DNA of 64,000 nt from an uncultured Actinomycetes bacterium (GTDB lineage: Bacteria; Actinomycetota; UBA4738; HRBIN12), in NCBI GenBank assembly GCA_963816425.1, contig CAWFKP010000006.1, forward strand, positions 875,678 through 939,677. The letters are read 5' to 3'. The notes under the pieces were generated by a model. The model did not search any database, was not told where the DNA came from, and saw only the letters and a program-made list of their open reading frames with translations. The translations under genes were made by a program, and so were the position numbers. Shown here piece by piece: positions 19,295 through 28,738 of this stretch; the stretch's first letter is position 1, and each line of letters starts with the position of its first letter.

Positions 19295-19503
19295 CCCCCG
19301 ACGAGGCGGTGGTGCGCGTGCTCGCCGACGCGGAGGGGCCGCTGCATTGGACGGTGATCCAGGACCGAGCGTTGCGCGCCGGCTACGTGGATCCCTTCGA
19401 GACGCCGGACGTGCGTGGATCGATCCTCGGCGCGCTTCGACGGGTGACCGCCGAGGGGCGCGTCACGAAATCGGCGATCGGCGTCTACGCGCTCGCGTCC
19501 TAG
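19291..19503 (+). CDS. Small winged-helix (HARE-HTH/Mrr_N-like) protein
   Basis: 70 aa. ATGA overlap with the LLM gene. The pattern [24 protein letters not shown]...GSILGALRR...GVYAL resembles the HARE-HTH fold. Confidence 0.5.
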   Translation: MTPDEAVVRVLADAEGPLHWTVIQDRALRAGYVDPFETPDVRGSILGALRRVTAEGRVTKSAIGVYALAS

Positions 19504-20489
19504 GGCCGGTAGTCGATCGAGGAGAAGCGCTCCAGCTTCTCGAACCGGTGATCGGACTTCACGTAGCGGATCGTGCCCGACCGCGAGCGCATCACCATCG
19601 AGTAGGTGGTCGCCCCGTCGGGCCAGTACCGCACCCCTTCGAGCAGGTAGCCGTCGGTGATCCCGGTCGCGGCGAAGAACAGATCGTCCCCCGCCGCGAG
19701 AGTGTCGGCGTCGAGCACCCGATCGAGGTCGAAGCCGTCGGCGAGCAGCGACGTGCGCTCTTCGTCGTTGCGCGGGTACAGCTTGCCCTGCATCGCGCCA
19801 CCCATGCACTTGAGCGCGGCCGCCGCCACGACGCCCTCGGGCGTGCCACCGATCCCCATGAGGAGGTCGACCTCCGTGCGGGGGATCGCGGCGACGATCG
19901 CGCCCGCGACGTCGCCGTCGGTGATCAGCAACACACGCGCCCCGGCGGCGCGGATCTCCGCGATCATGTCTGTGTGCCGAGGGCGGTCGAGGATCGTCAC
20001 CGTCACCTCTTCGGGGCGCTTGCCCTTCGCCTTGGCGACCTGTCGGATGTTCTCCGCGACCGGCGCGTCGATGTCGATCGCGTCGGCGGCCTCGGGACCG
20101 GTGGCGATCTTCTCCATGTAGAGCGCGGCGCCGGGGAAGAACATCGAGCCTCGCGGGGCCAGGGCGATCACCGACAACGCGTTGGGCTGGCCGACGCTCG
20201 TGAGGGTCGTGCCGTCGATCGGGTCGACGGCGACGTCCGTCTCCGGGCCGACGCCGCTGCCGACCTGCTCGCCGTTGAAGAGCATGGGCGCCTCGTCCTT
20301 CTCGCCTTCGCCGATCACGACGACGCCGTCCATCGAGACGGAGTCGATCATGAGGCGCATCGCGTCCACGGCCGCGGCGTCGGCGGCGATCTTGTCGCCG
20401 CGACCCACCCAGCGCCCGGACGCGAGCGCGGCCGCTTCGGTGACGCGGACGAGCTCCATGGCCAGGTTGCGGTCGGGGAGTTGTCTCAT
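19500..20489 (-). CDS. glpX: Class II fructose-1,6-bisphosphatase
   Basis: Start at [21 protein letters not shown] with GGAGG upstream. GlpX blocks [33 protein letters not shown]. Confidence 0.92.
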   Translation of the reverse strand: MRQLPDRNLAMELVRVTEAAALASGRWVGRGDKIAADAAAVDAMRLMIDSVSMDGVVVIGEGEKDEAPMLFNGEQVGSGVGPETDVAVDPIDGTTLTSVGQPNALSVIALAPRGSMFFPGAALYMEKIATGPEAADAIDIDAPVAENIRQVAKAKGKRPEEVTVTILDRPRHTDMIAEIRAAGARVLLITDGDVAGAIVAAIPRTEVDLLMGIGGTPEGVVAAAALKCMGGAMQGKLYPRNDEERTSLLADGFDLDRVLDADTLAAGDDLFFAATGITDGYLLEGVRYWPDGATTYSMVMRSRSGTIRYVKSDHRFEKLERFSSIDYRP

Positions 20490-21478
20490 CGCAGGACCTC
20501 CAGGATGTCTCGAGGGTCGGCTCCATCGGACAGCACCCGGTGGATGGCCGCATGGTACGGCAGGTCGAGCGCGAGGGTGTCCGCCAACCGCGCCACGTCC
20601 CTCGTCGAGTCGACCCCCTCGACCGTCAGGCCACGCGCTTCGAGGTCGCGGAGGGTCTCGGCGGGCGGTTCGCCCGCGCCGATGAGCTCGCCGTAGAGCC
20701 GGTTGCGACCGCCGAGGGACGTCACCAGCTGGTCGCCGATCCCCGCGAGCCCGAAGGCGGTCTCGGCGCGGCCGCCGCATGCGGCGACGAGGTCGACGAT
20801 CTCGTGCGCGGCCTTCGTGAACAGGGCCGCCTTCGCGTTCTTGAAGTCCTCGCCGGTGGGCTTGCCGATGCCGTCGAGCATGCCGAGTCCGATCGCGGCG
20901 ACGTTCTTCATCATCGCGCAGAGCTCCACGCCGATCACGTCGTCGGTGTAGGTGAGCTGGTAGGTCGGTCCGTCGAAGGGGCGGCCGGCCTGCGTGGCCA
21001 GTTCCAGCGGCGCGCCCGCCCAGACGCTCGCGGTCGGGAGCCCCTCGGCGAGCTCCGTGGCCAGGCACGGGCCGCCGACCGTCACGATCGGGATGCCGGC
21101 GAGCTCCTCTCCGTAGACCTCGGTCATGCGCTTGCCGGTCTCCGGCTCGAGGCCCTTGGCGACACTGATCGCCACGAGTGCGCCCTGGACGTGCCCACGG
21201 ATCAGCTGCGCGAGGGACCGGGCCCCATGGGAGTTCGCGCCCAGCACCAAGAACTGTGCGCCGTCCGCGGCGGCCTCGAGCTCGTCCGGCCCGTACAGCC
21301 GCACCCCGGCGGGCAGGTGCTCGGGCAGGAGGGGATGACGCCGATCGGCCACCAGGTGCTGGAAGGCCCAGGAGTCGTGCGAGGAGCCCCAGAGCGCGAC
21401 GTCGTGCCCCTGCCGGGCGGCGTGCATCGCAACGGCCGTTCCCATCGCTCCGGCACCGAACACGGTGGTTCGCGTCAC
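20486..21478 (-). CDS. gpsA: NAD(P)H-dependent glycerol-3-phosphate dehydrogenase
   Basis: GTG at 21478 gives (M)[14 protein letters not shown] (Rossmann fold). Also [27 protein letters not shown]. The stop overlaps the glpX start (ATGA). The rest of the 877-aa ORF is GC artefact. Confidence 0.9.
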   Translation of the reverse strand: MTRTTVFGAGAMGTAVAMHAARQGHDVALWGSSHDSWAFQHLVADRRHPLLPEHLPAGVRLYGPDELEAAADGAQFLVLGANSHGARSLAQLIRGHVQGALVAISVAKGLEPETGKRMTEVYGEELAGIPIVTVGGPCLATELAEGLPTASVWAGAPLELATQAGRPFDGPTYQLTYTDDVIGVELCAMMKNVAAIGLGMLDGIGKPTGEDFKNAKAALFTKAAHEIVDLVAACGGRAETAFGLAGIGDQLVTSLGGRNRLYGELIGAGEPPAETLRDLEARGLTVEGVDSTRDVARLADTLALDLPYHAAIHRVLSDGADPRDILEVLR

Positions 21479-21499
21479 CGGCGCACCATAATCGGGCAC

Positions 21500-22405
21500 A
21501 TGCGGCGACGGCACATCGTGTGGCTCGTGATCGGCGTGACGGCCGTGTCGACCTCGGCCGTGCTGATCCGTGCCGCCGACGATCGTGGCGTCTCGTCGTT
21601 GGCCATCGCCTTCTATCGGTGCGCGCTCGCCAGCGCGGTGTTGGTGCCGCTTGCCCTTGCCCGACATGCGAAGGCGCTCGCCGCGTTGTCGCGCCACCAA
21701 CGTTGGCTCCTGGCCGCGTCCGGCGCGGCGCTGGGCCTGCACTTCGTGACGTGGATCTCGTCGTTGTCGTACACGAGCGTCGCGGCGAGCACGGTGCTCG
21801 TGCAGTCGATGCCGATCTGGGTCGCGATCGCCGGGCCGTTCATCGGGGAGCGAACGTCGCGACGCGGCTGGCTCGGGATCTGGGTGGCGATCGCCGGCGG
21901 AGCGGTCATCGCGACGGCCAGCAGCAGCGACGGGGGCTCGAACCCGGCGCTCGGCGACCTGCTTGCGGTGGCGGGCGCGATCTTCGCCGCCGTGTACGTC
22001 GTGATCGGCCGCCACGTGCGCGCCGAGCTTTCGCTGGTGCCCTATTCCGCCTCGGTGTACGGGGTCGCCGCCGTGCTCCTGGGGATCTCGATGGTGGCGT
22101 CGGGCACGCCCTTCCTGGGGTACTCCTCCCAGGTGTGGGCGCTGTTCCTTGCGATGACGATCGGTCCGCAGTTCCTCGGGCACACGGTCATCAACCACCT
22201 GCTGGGGGAGCTGAAGGCCTCGGTCGTGTCGGTCGCCCTGCTCGCGGAGGCCGTCGGGGCGACGATCCTCGCGTACCTGATCTTCGGCGAGCGACCGGGC
22301 ATCCAGGTCATCCTGGGAGGTGCGCTCGTGCTGGCGGGCGTGGCGATCACGGTGCTGGCCGAATCCGCGGACCGTCCGGAGGTCCTCGCGATGCCCGAGG
22401 AGTAG
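21500..22405 (+). CDS. EamA/DMT family transporter
   Basis: 301 aa, about 10 TM helices, two EamA-like repeats. Only 21 bp from the divergent gpsA start. Confidence 0.8.
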   Translation: MRRRHIVWLVIGVTAVSTSAVLIRAADDRGVSSLAIAFYRCALASAVLVPLALARHAKALAALSRHQRWLLAASGAALGLHFVTWISSLSYTSVAASTVLVQSMPIWVAIAGPFIGERTSRRGWLGIWVAIAGGAVIATASSSDGGSNPALGDLLAVAGAIFAAVYVVIGRHVRAELSLVPYSASVYGVAAVLLGISMVASGTPFLGYSSQVWALFLAMTIGPQFLGHTVINHLLGELKASVVSVALLAEAVGATILAYLIFGERPGIQVILGGALVLAGVAITVLAESADRPEVLAMPEE

Positions 22406-22414
22406 GGTCCGTCG

Positions 22415-23431
22415 ATGGACGGCGCCCGGCCCGTGACGATCGAGGAATGGGAAGCGGTCGCACGAGAGGTGCTGCCGGTTGGTGTCTTCGACTACATCGC
22501 CGGCGGCGCCGGCGCGGAGCGCACGCTGGCCGAGAACGAGGCGGCGTTCGAGCGCATGCGCGTGTGGCCGCGGATGCTGCGGGCGTCCGGGTCGCCGGAT
22601 CCACACACCGAGGTCCTCGGGATGCCGCTTGCGTTCCCGATCGCGATCGCGCCGTGGGCCTTCCAGTCGCAGGTACACCCCGGGGGGGAACGGGCGACAG
22701 CCGCCGCCGCGGCCGCGATGGGCACCGCGATGTGCGTCTCCTCGACCGTGCTCGACGGGCTCGAGGACGTCGCGGCCGCCGGCGGCATCCTGTGGTGGCA
22801 GCTCTACATCTGGCGCGATCGCGAGGCATCCGCCGCCCTGCTCCGGCGCGCGCAGGCGGCGGGGTTCCGCGCGGTCATCTGGACGGTGGACGTCCCGGTC
22901 CTCGGGCTGCGACATCGCGACACGAGGAGCGGCTTCGTCCTGCCGGTGGGCCCGGCCGGCACGCCCCAGGAGTTCGACCCCGACATCTCCTGGGCTGACC
23001 TCGACTGGATCCGTGACCAGGTCCCCGGCATGCCGATCCTGGTCAAAGGCGTGCTTCGCCCCGACGACGCCGCAGCGGCGATCGAGCAGGGCGCCGATGG
23101 GATCGTGGTGTCGAACCACGGAGGGCGGCAGCTGGATCGCGCGCCGGCGTCGCTCGACGCGCTGCCCGGCGTGGTCGCGGTCGTCGATGGCCGGGTCCCG
23201 GTCTTGATGGATGGCGGCGTTCGCGATGGTGTCGATGTCCTCGTGGCGATCGCGCTTGGCGCGGCCGCGGTGCTCGTGGCCCGACCGACCGCGTGGGGCC
23301 TGGCGGTCGACGGACAGGCCGGCGTCGAGGCCGTGCTGGCGTTCCTCCGTGACGGGTTCGTCAACGCGATGGCGAATGCGGGCTGCCGAACGGTGGCCGA
23401 TATCGACGCGGGTTTGCTGCGACCGACGTGA
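22415..23431 (+). CDS. FMN-dependent alpha-hydroxy acid dehydrogenase/oxidase (LldD/glycolate oxidase family)
   Basis: 338 aa. FDYIAGGAGAE...N, VKGV, and the active-site block VVSNHGGRQLD. Confidence 0.85.
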   Translation: MDGARPVTIEEWEAVAREVLPVGVFDYIAGGAGAERTLAENEAAFERMRVWPRMLRASGSPDPHTEVLGMPLAFPIAIAPWAFQSQVHPGGERATAAAAAAMGTAMCVSSTVLDGLEDVAAAGGILWWQLYIWRDREASAALLRRAQAAGFRAVIWTVDVPVLGLRHRDTRSGFVLPVGPAGTPQEFDPDISWADLDWIRDQVPGMPILVKGVLRPDDAAAAIEQGADGIVVSNHGGRQLDRAPASLDALPGVVAVVDGRVPVLMDGGVRDGVDVLVAIALGAAAVLVARPTAWGLAVDGQAGVEAVLAFLRDGFVNAMANAGCRTVADIDAGLLRPT

Positions 23432-23472
23432 CCGGGTGACGGCGGCGGCGGGCGTCTGCCAGGCTCTGCGGC

Positions 23473-24303
23473 ATGAGCGGGATCGACCTCCATACGCATT
23501 CCGTAGCGTCCGACGGCACGAACACGATCACCGAGAACGTGGCACTTGCCGAGGAGCGCGAGCTCGCAGGCATCGCGATCACCGATCACGACACGACCGC
23601 GGGCTACGCAGAGGCGGCTGCGGCCGCCGCGGGCACCGGCCTGCTGATCGTGCCCGGCATCGAGTTCTCCGCCGAGTACGAAGGCGCGTCGTTGCACGTC
23701 CTCGCCTACTGGGCCGACCCGGCCGCCCCGGCCCTGGTCGAGGAGCTCCGGCGTCTGACGGACACGCGGTTCCGCCGCGGCGAGCTGATGGTCGAGAAGC
23801 TCCAGGGCCTGGGCTACGACATCTCCTTCGCGCAGGTGCGTGCGATCGCGGGCGACGACCTGATCGCCCGCCCGCACGTCGCTGCGGCGATGGTCCAAGC
23901 GGGCATCGTGACCACGGAGAAAGAGGCCTTCGACCGGTTCATCTCCGACGGGGGGATCGCCTACGTGCCGAAACACGCGCTCGACCCGATGGACGCACTG
24001 CGGTTGATCGGCGCCGCGGGCGGGGTGTGCGTGCTCGCGCACCCGGCGATGTGGAAGGGGAACGGGGCGGTGCCCGACGAGCTGATCGAGCGGATGGCCT
24101 CCGCCGGCATGGGCGGCCTCGAGGTCGACCACCCGGACCACGACGAGCAACAGCGGGCGCACTACCGGGCGCTCGCCGCGCGGCTCGACCTCGTGCCGAC
24201 GGGCGCGTCGGATTGCCACGGGGCGCGGTACGGCTACCGGCTGGGGTGCGAGACGACCCCCGTCGAGCTGGTCGACGAACTCTGGCGGCGAGCCGGAGCC
24301 TGA
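23473..24303 (+). CDS. PHP domain metal-dependent phosphoesterase (TrpH/YciV-like)
   Basis: N-terminal IDLHTHSVASDG, ITDHDT, GIEFS, LAHP motifs. Confidence 0.85.
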   Translation: MSGIDLHTHSVASDGTNTITENVALAEERELAGIAITDHDTTAGYAEAAAAAAGTGLLIVPGIEFSAEYEGASLHVLAYWADPAAPALVEELRRLTDTRFRRGELMVEKLQGLGYDISFAQVRAIAGDDLIARPHVAAAMVQAGIVTTEKEAFDRFISDGGIAYVPKHALDPMDALRLIGAAGGVCVLAHPAMWKGNGAVPDELIERMASAGMGGLEVDHPDHDEQQRAHYRALAARLDLVPTGASDCHGARYGYRLGCETTPVELVDELWRRAGA

Positions 24304-25085
24304 TGCGTCTCGTCCGCGTCGCGGATCGGAACGACGCTCGACTGCGGGACTTCCTCGATCTGCGCGACACGCAGATGCGTGCGGCCAGGGAGCCTACGGA
24401 GGGGTTCTTCCTTGCAGAAGGCGAGGTGACGATCCGCCGAGCGCTCGCCGCGGGCTACGAACCGCGGGCGGTGCTGACCGCCGAGCGGTGGCTGCCGGCG
24501 CTCGACGACCTGGACACGACCGCATACGTCGTGTCCGACGACGTGCTCGAGGCAACGACCGGGTTCCCGGTGCATCGAGGCGCCCTGGCGAGTTTCGCGC
24601 GGCGACCCCTGCCCGCGGTCGCCGATGTGCTTGCCCCGGCGCATCGTGTGGTCGTCCTGGAGGACCTGGTCGATCACACCAACGTCGGGGCCATCGTGCG
24701 GTCGGCCGCCGCCTTCGGCTGGGACGCGATCCTGGTCACCCCGCGGTGCGCCGACCCCCTGTATCGACGGGCGATCCGCACGTCGATGGGTGCGGTGTTC
24801 GCGCTGCCCTGGACACGCATCGACCACCGCCTCGGCGTCGAGGAGCTGCATCGCGCTGGGTTCTCGATCGCGGCGCTCACACCGGCGGCCGACGCCGTGC
24901 CGATCGACGCCGTCGAGCCGCTCCCACGCCTCGCGATCGTGGTCGGGAGCGAGGGGCCGGGCCTGTCGACCCGGTGGCTCGATGGCGCCGATCTGCGCGT
25001 GCGGGTCCCGATGCGCGGCGCGGTCGATTCGCTCAACGTCGCCGCGGCGGCGGCGGTCGCCTTGTACGCGCTGCACGGCCGCTAG
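24303..25085 (+). CDS. TrmH/SpoU family RNA 2'-O-methyltransferase
   Basis: The ATG overlaps the preceding TGA by 1 nt. SpoU motifs VLEDLVDHTNVGAIVRSAAAFG, IVVGSEGPGLS, DSLNVAAAAAVALY. Confidence 0.85.
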   Translation: MRLVRVADRNDARLRDFLDLRDTQMRAAREPTEGFFLAEGEVTIRRALAAGYEPRAVLTAERWLPALDDLDTTAYVVSDDVLEATTGFPVHRGALASFARRPLPAVADVLAPAHRVVVLEDLVDHTNVGAIVRSAAAFGWDAILVTPRCADPLYRRAIRTSMGAVFALPWTRIDHRLGVEELHRAGFSIAALTPAADAVPIDAVEPLPRLAIVVGSEGPGLSTRWLDGADLRVRVPMRGAVDSLNVAAAAAVALYALHGR

Positions 25086-25094
25086 TATCGCCGC

Positions 25095-25766
25095 GTGCCC
25101 GGTGCCATCGACTTCGTCTTCCTCGATATCGGCGGGGTCCTCTACGACGATCGGGTCTACGCGGAGGCGTGGCGCCGGGCCTTACGCGAAGCGGGCGGCA
25201 CGTTTACCGACGCGGCGTTCGACGAGGAGTACGCGGCGTGCCGGGCTGCGCAGGATCGCTCCTTCCGCGTGCGGCTGTCGACGGTGTTCCTCGGGCCCGA
25301 CGTCGACCTCGCGGCACTCGAAACGGTCGCGTCGCGCTACTGGCAGTACCCCCCGACCGCCTTGTACGCCGATGTCGTGCCCACGCTCGAGGCGCTTCGC
25401 GCCGCCGGATATCGCCTCGGCGTGATCGCGAACCAGCCGTCGCAGGTCCGCGCGGCGCTCGAGCGTGACGGGTTGGTCCCCTACTTCGAGGCGTGGGGCG
25501 TGTCCGACGATCTCGGGCTGCACAAGCCCGACCCGGCGTTGTTCGTTCGGACGCTGGAGCTTGCGGGCGTGCCGGCCCGACGGACCGCGATGGTGGGGGA
25601 CCGGCTCGACTACGACATGGTGCCGGCGCAGGCGGCCGGGATGCGCACGATCTGGGTGCTGCGGGGCGAGGCGCCCGACGATCCGACCCCGGCGCAGCTC
25701 GCGATCCCGGACGTCGCGATCGCCGACCTGACGGTGCTCGTCGACGTGCTCGAGGAGCTCAGCTGA
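25095..25766 (+). CDS. HAD-IA family hydrolase
   Basis: 223 aa. Motif I-like FLDIGGVL and motif IV VGDRLDYDM. Confidence 0.7.
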   Translation: MPGAIDFVFLDIGGVLYDDRVYAEAWRRALREAGGTFTDAAFDEEYAACRAAQDRSFRVRLSTVFLGPDVDLAALETVASRYWQYPPTALYADVVPTLEALRAAGYRLGVIANQPSQVRAALERDGLVPYFEAWGVSDDLGLHKPDPALFVRTLELAGVPARRTAMVGDRLDYDMVPAQAAGMRTIWVLRGEAPDDPTPAQLAIPDVAIADLTVLVDVLEELS

Positions 25767-26226
25767 GCTGACGCTGCTTCTGCAGCTCGCTCGCTGCCTT
25801 GAGCGCGGTCTGGGAGCGGGCGATGTCGGGCATCTCGTGCCCGCCCGCGAGCTCCTCGGCGGCCCACTTCGTGAGGTCGCGGATCGACAGGATCCCGACG
25901 ACCTTGCCCTTGTCGATCACGGGCAGGTGCCGGATGTTCAACGACACCATCTGGTCGGCCGCCTCCGCGATATCGGCCTTGGGGCCGATCGTCTCGAGAT
26001 GACGGCGCGTCATGCCGTGCTCGACCTGCACCGAGTGCGGGTCGCCGCCGGCGGCGACGAGGTTCACGATGTCGCGCTCGGTGAGGATGCCCGTGAGCGA
26101 GCCGTCCTTGCCGAGGACCACGACGGAGGAGATGCCGTTGGTCCGCATGACCTTGGCCACGTCGGCGAACGTGTCGCCGGCGTCCGCCGTCTTCACGTCA
26201 CCTCGCATGATGTCGCCGACCAGCAT
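25759..26226 (-). CDS. CBS domain pair protein
   Basis: Start at MLVGDIMRGDV with GGAGG upstream. Two CBS repeats (ISSVVVL...GILTERDI; HLPVIDKGKVVGILSIRDL). Confidence 0.85.
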   Translation of the reverse strand: MLVGDIMRGDVKTADAGDTFADVAKVMRTNGISSVVVLGKDGSLTGILTERDIVNLVAAGGDPHSVQVEHGMTRRHLETIGPKADIAEAADQMVSLNIRHLPVIDKGKVVGILSIRDLTKWAAEELAGGHEMPDIARSQTALKAASELQKQRQLS

Positions 26227-26355
26227 CGATGGACCTCCTCGGCCTCGGGGGGCAAGCCTACCGCAGGCAGGTGGTCCCGGAGATGTCGGGCCGCCCGGCA
26301 CCGGTTCGCGCCTCGAGGCCGCCCTAGCGTGAGGCAACGAACGGAGGAGGCTCCG

Positions 26356-26631
26356 ATGACGATGTGCGTGGCACGCAGCGGATTCACCCTGGCGCAGGCG
26401 ATCGCGGTGGCCGAGGAGATCGGCCTGGACTTCGACGCCGAGGGGTTCGGACCGGAGGCCTTCCGCGGCGGTATGGAGGTCGAGCTTGAGCACGGACGTC
26501 GTGACGCGCGGACCGATGTGACGCACGACGACCCGCTGATCACGGGGAAGATCGCCTGGGCCCACCTTCTCGAGATGCCGGACTACTACGAGCGGCTCGA
26601 GGAACTGGAGCGCGCGGCAACGACACGCTGA
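26356..26631 (+). CDS. DUF5661-like small protein
   Basis: ATG at 26356 after GGAGGAGG. 91 aa. The pattern GMEVELEHG...DVTHDDPLITGKIAWAHLLEMPDYYERL matches my memory of the DUF5661 family. Confidence 0.55.
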   Translation: MTMCVARSGFTLAQAIAVAEEIGLDFDAEGFGPEAFRGGMEVELEHGRRDARTDVTHDDPLITGKIAWAHLLEMPDYYERLEELERAATTR

Positions 26632-26693
26632 CAGAGGACGCTCGCCGCGGCCTCGATATGATGCGGCGTCGCCCCCTCTGAGCAGGAGTCCGC

Positions 26694-27068
26694 ATGCCGG
26701 TCGAACGCGCCGCCGATCACCCGACCTTCGAGATCGGCGGGAACGTCGTGACCTCGCTCGCCGCCCCTGCCCGAGGGGCCGACGAAGCCGCGCTGTTCCA
26801 GATCCACCTGCCGCCCGGCGGTGGGCTGCCACCGCATCACCACGACCACTTCGACGTGTTCACCGTGACCGAGGGCGGCGGGAACGTGCACCTGGGGGAC
26901 GAGGTCTCGACGCTCACGGCCGGAGACTCCTGCGTCGTGCCTCCCGATCAGGTCCATTGGGTGGAAGCCGGGCCCGAGGGCGCGACGATCGTCGTGACGA
27001 TGCTCGCCGGCACGAAACTGATCCGCCAGGACGATGGCAGCGTCGTCGTTCCGCCGTGGGTGTCTTGA
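26694..27068 (+). CDS. Cupin domain protein
   Basis: 124 aa. Metal-site-like PPHHHDH...V and VVPPDQVHWV. Confidence 0.7.
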   Translation: MPVERAADHPTFEIGGNVVTSLAAPARGADEAALFQIHLPPGGGLPPHHHDHFDVFTVTEGGGNVHLGDEVSTLTAGDSCVVPPDQVHWVEAGPEGATIVVTMLAGTKLIRQDDGSVVVPPWVS

Positions 27069-27069
27069 G

Positions 27070-28239
27070 GTGGCGCGGTCCTTCTACGTCGCAGACGTGA
27101 CCCTCTTCGACGGCGCGCGCGTCCGGCGGCACGCCGGCGTGCTCGTCGAGGGAGACCGCATCGCGTGGGTCGGCGCCCATGCCCGCGCTCCCCGCGCCGC
27201 GGGGACCGCACGCGCGGTCGACGCGACGGGCAAGTCGCTCACACCCGGTCTTGTCGATTGCCACGTCCATCTGAACTTCGACGGTCGTGCCGATTTCGAG
27301 GCCGACGGAGGCGGAACGTCCGAGACCGCGGTCCTGCACGGCGTCCGGAACCTCCGCAAGCATCTGGCAGCGGGCGTCACGACCGTCCGCGATCTCGGCG
27401 GTGTCGGGACGTGTGATCTGGCCGCGGCCGTCGAGGACGGTGTCATCGAGGGTCCCCGAGTGATCGCCGCGGGTCGCGCGCTCACGATCACGGGCGGGCA
27501 CGGACACAACATCGGCATCGCGCGCGAGGTGGACGGTGCCGACGATGCGCGCAAGGCTGTCCGAGAACAGATCAAGGGCGGCGCGCGCGCGATCAAGGTG
27601 ATCGCCACCGGCGGGGTGCTCACACCGGGCATCGACGCGACCTTCACGGCCATGACACCAGAGGAGATCGGCGCGGCGGTCGACGAGGCCCACAAGTGGC
27701 GCGTCGGGGTCGGCGCCCACGCGATCGGCGGTCCGGGCATCACGGGTGCCGTGCGGGCCGGCGTCGACTCGGTCGAGCACTGCGTGCAGCTGGACGCGGC
27801 AACGGCGAAGGACATGGCCGCGCGGGGCACCTTCCGGGGACCGACGCTCTCCGCTTTGATGGGGATCGTGGATGGCGCGGGAGTGCCCGCGTATGCGAAG
27901 GACAAGGCGACGGCTCTCGTGGACGACGCCCACCGCGGGCAGCGGGCCGCGCTGCGTGCCGGCGTGCCCCACGTGTGCTCGACCGACGCCGGCACGCCGT
28001 TCAATCCGCACGGCAACGCCCCGAACGAGATCGCGCGGATGATCGAGTGGGGCATGGGGCCGCTGGCGGCGCTCGTGGCCGCGACGGCCAACGGAGCGAC
28101 GCTCTTACGGATACCCGACGTCGGCACGATCGCCCCGGGATTCCTCGCCGACATGGCGCTGTACGACGCCGATCCCCTCGAGGACATCGCGGCGCTCCGG
28201 TCGCCCCGCGCCGTGTGGAAGGGTGGGGTCAGGGTCTAG
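27070..28239 (+). CDS. Amidohydrolase family metallo-hydrolase
   Basis: GTG at 27070, 1 nt after the cupin stop (the ATG at 27034 would overlap it by 35 nt). HxH motif GLVDCHVHL. Also IKVIATGG, AHAIG, VEHC, STDAG. Confidence 0.85.
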   Translation: MARSFYVADVTLFDGARVRRHAGVLVEGDRIAWVGAHARAPRAAGTARAVDATGKSLTPGLVDCHVHLNFDGRADFEADGGGTSETAVLHGVRNLRKHLAAGVTTVRDLGGVGTCDLAAAVEDGVIEGPRVIAAGRALTITGGHGHNIGIAREVDGADDARKAVREQIKGGARAIKVIATGGVLTPGIDATFTAMTPEEIGAAVDEAHKWRVGVGAHAIGGPGITGAVRAGVDSVEHCVQLDAATAKDMAARGTFRGPTLSALMGIVDGAGVPAYAKDKATALVDDAHRGQRAALRAGVPHVCSTDAGTPFNPHGNAPNEIARMIEWGMGPLAALVAATANGATLLRIPDVGTIAPGFLADMALYDADPLEDIAALRSPRAVWKGGVRV

Positions 28240-28687
28240 CGACCCTCGTCACCCGCTCGATCAGCTCGGCGCCACGGCGGATGTCCGCCAGTTCCTCGCT
28301 CGTGAGACCCGCAAGGCCCTCGGCCAGCGTGCGGACGCGCCGTCGTCGTCCCTTCGTGAGAATCCGCTTGCCCGTGGCCGTCGCCTCGACCAGGACGCCC
28401 CGCGCGTCCGCCGGATCGGCCCGCCGCCGGACGAAACCGTCGCGTTCCAGGCCGTCGACCAGGCGCGTCATCGTGGGTGCCGCCACGCCCTCGGCCGTCG
28501 CCAGCGCGCCGATCCCGATGGGTCCGGCAAAGACGACGACCGAGAGCGCGGACAGCCGGGGAGGGGAGACGCCGAGCGCGTCGTCCTCCGTGCGCAGGCG
28601 ACGCAACAGGTGCAGGGCCGCCGAGTGGAGCCGATCGGCGACGGCCTCGACCTCTCGCGTTGGGGAAGTTCGCCTTGACGCGGTCAT
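28229..28687 (-). CDS. MarR family transcriptional regulator
   Basis: 152 aa. Winged-HTH core (LSALSVVVFAGPIGIGALATAEGVAAPTMTRLVDGLERDGFVRR). Confidence 0.88.
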   Translation of the reverse strand: MTASRRTSPTREVEAVADRLHSAALHLLRRLRTEDDALGVSPPRLSALSVVVFAGPIGIGALATAEGVAAPTMTRLVDGLERDGFVRRRADPADARGVLVEATATGKRILTKGRRRRVRTLAEGLAGLTSEELADIRRGAELIERVTRVARP

Positions 28688-28716
28688 CTGTATTTGCTTA
28701 GCCTAAGCAAATACAG
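28688..28716. promoter_or_regulatory. Perfect inverted repeat, candidate MarR operator
   Basis: CTGTATTTGCTTAG-C-CTAAGCAAATACAG: 14-bp perfect arms with a 1-bp spacer. It is the most AT-rich spot in the neighbourhood. It abuts the marR start codon and lies 22 bp upstream of the divergent ankyrin gene. Confidence 0.7.
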
Positions 28717-28738
28717 AGCCTAGTGGGAGGATCCGACC

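Noticed and set aside
26640-26675. Possible hairpin (CGCCGC ... GCGGCG) after the DUF5661 gene, considered as a terminator.
   Set aside because: The stem is only 6 bp with an 11-nt loop and no U tract. It is indistinguishable from background GC-rich self-complementarity.
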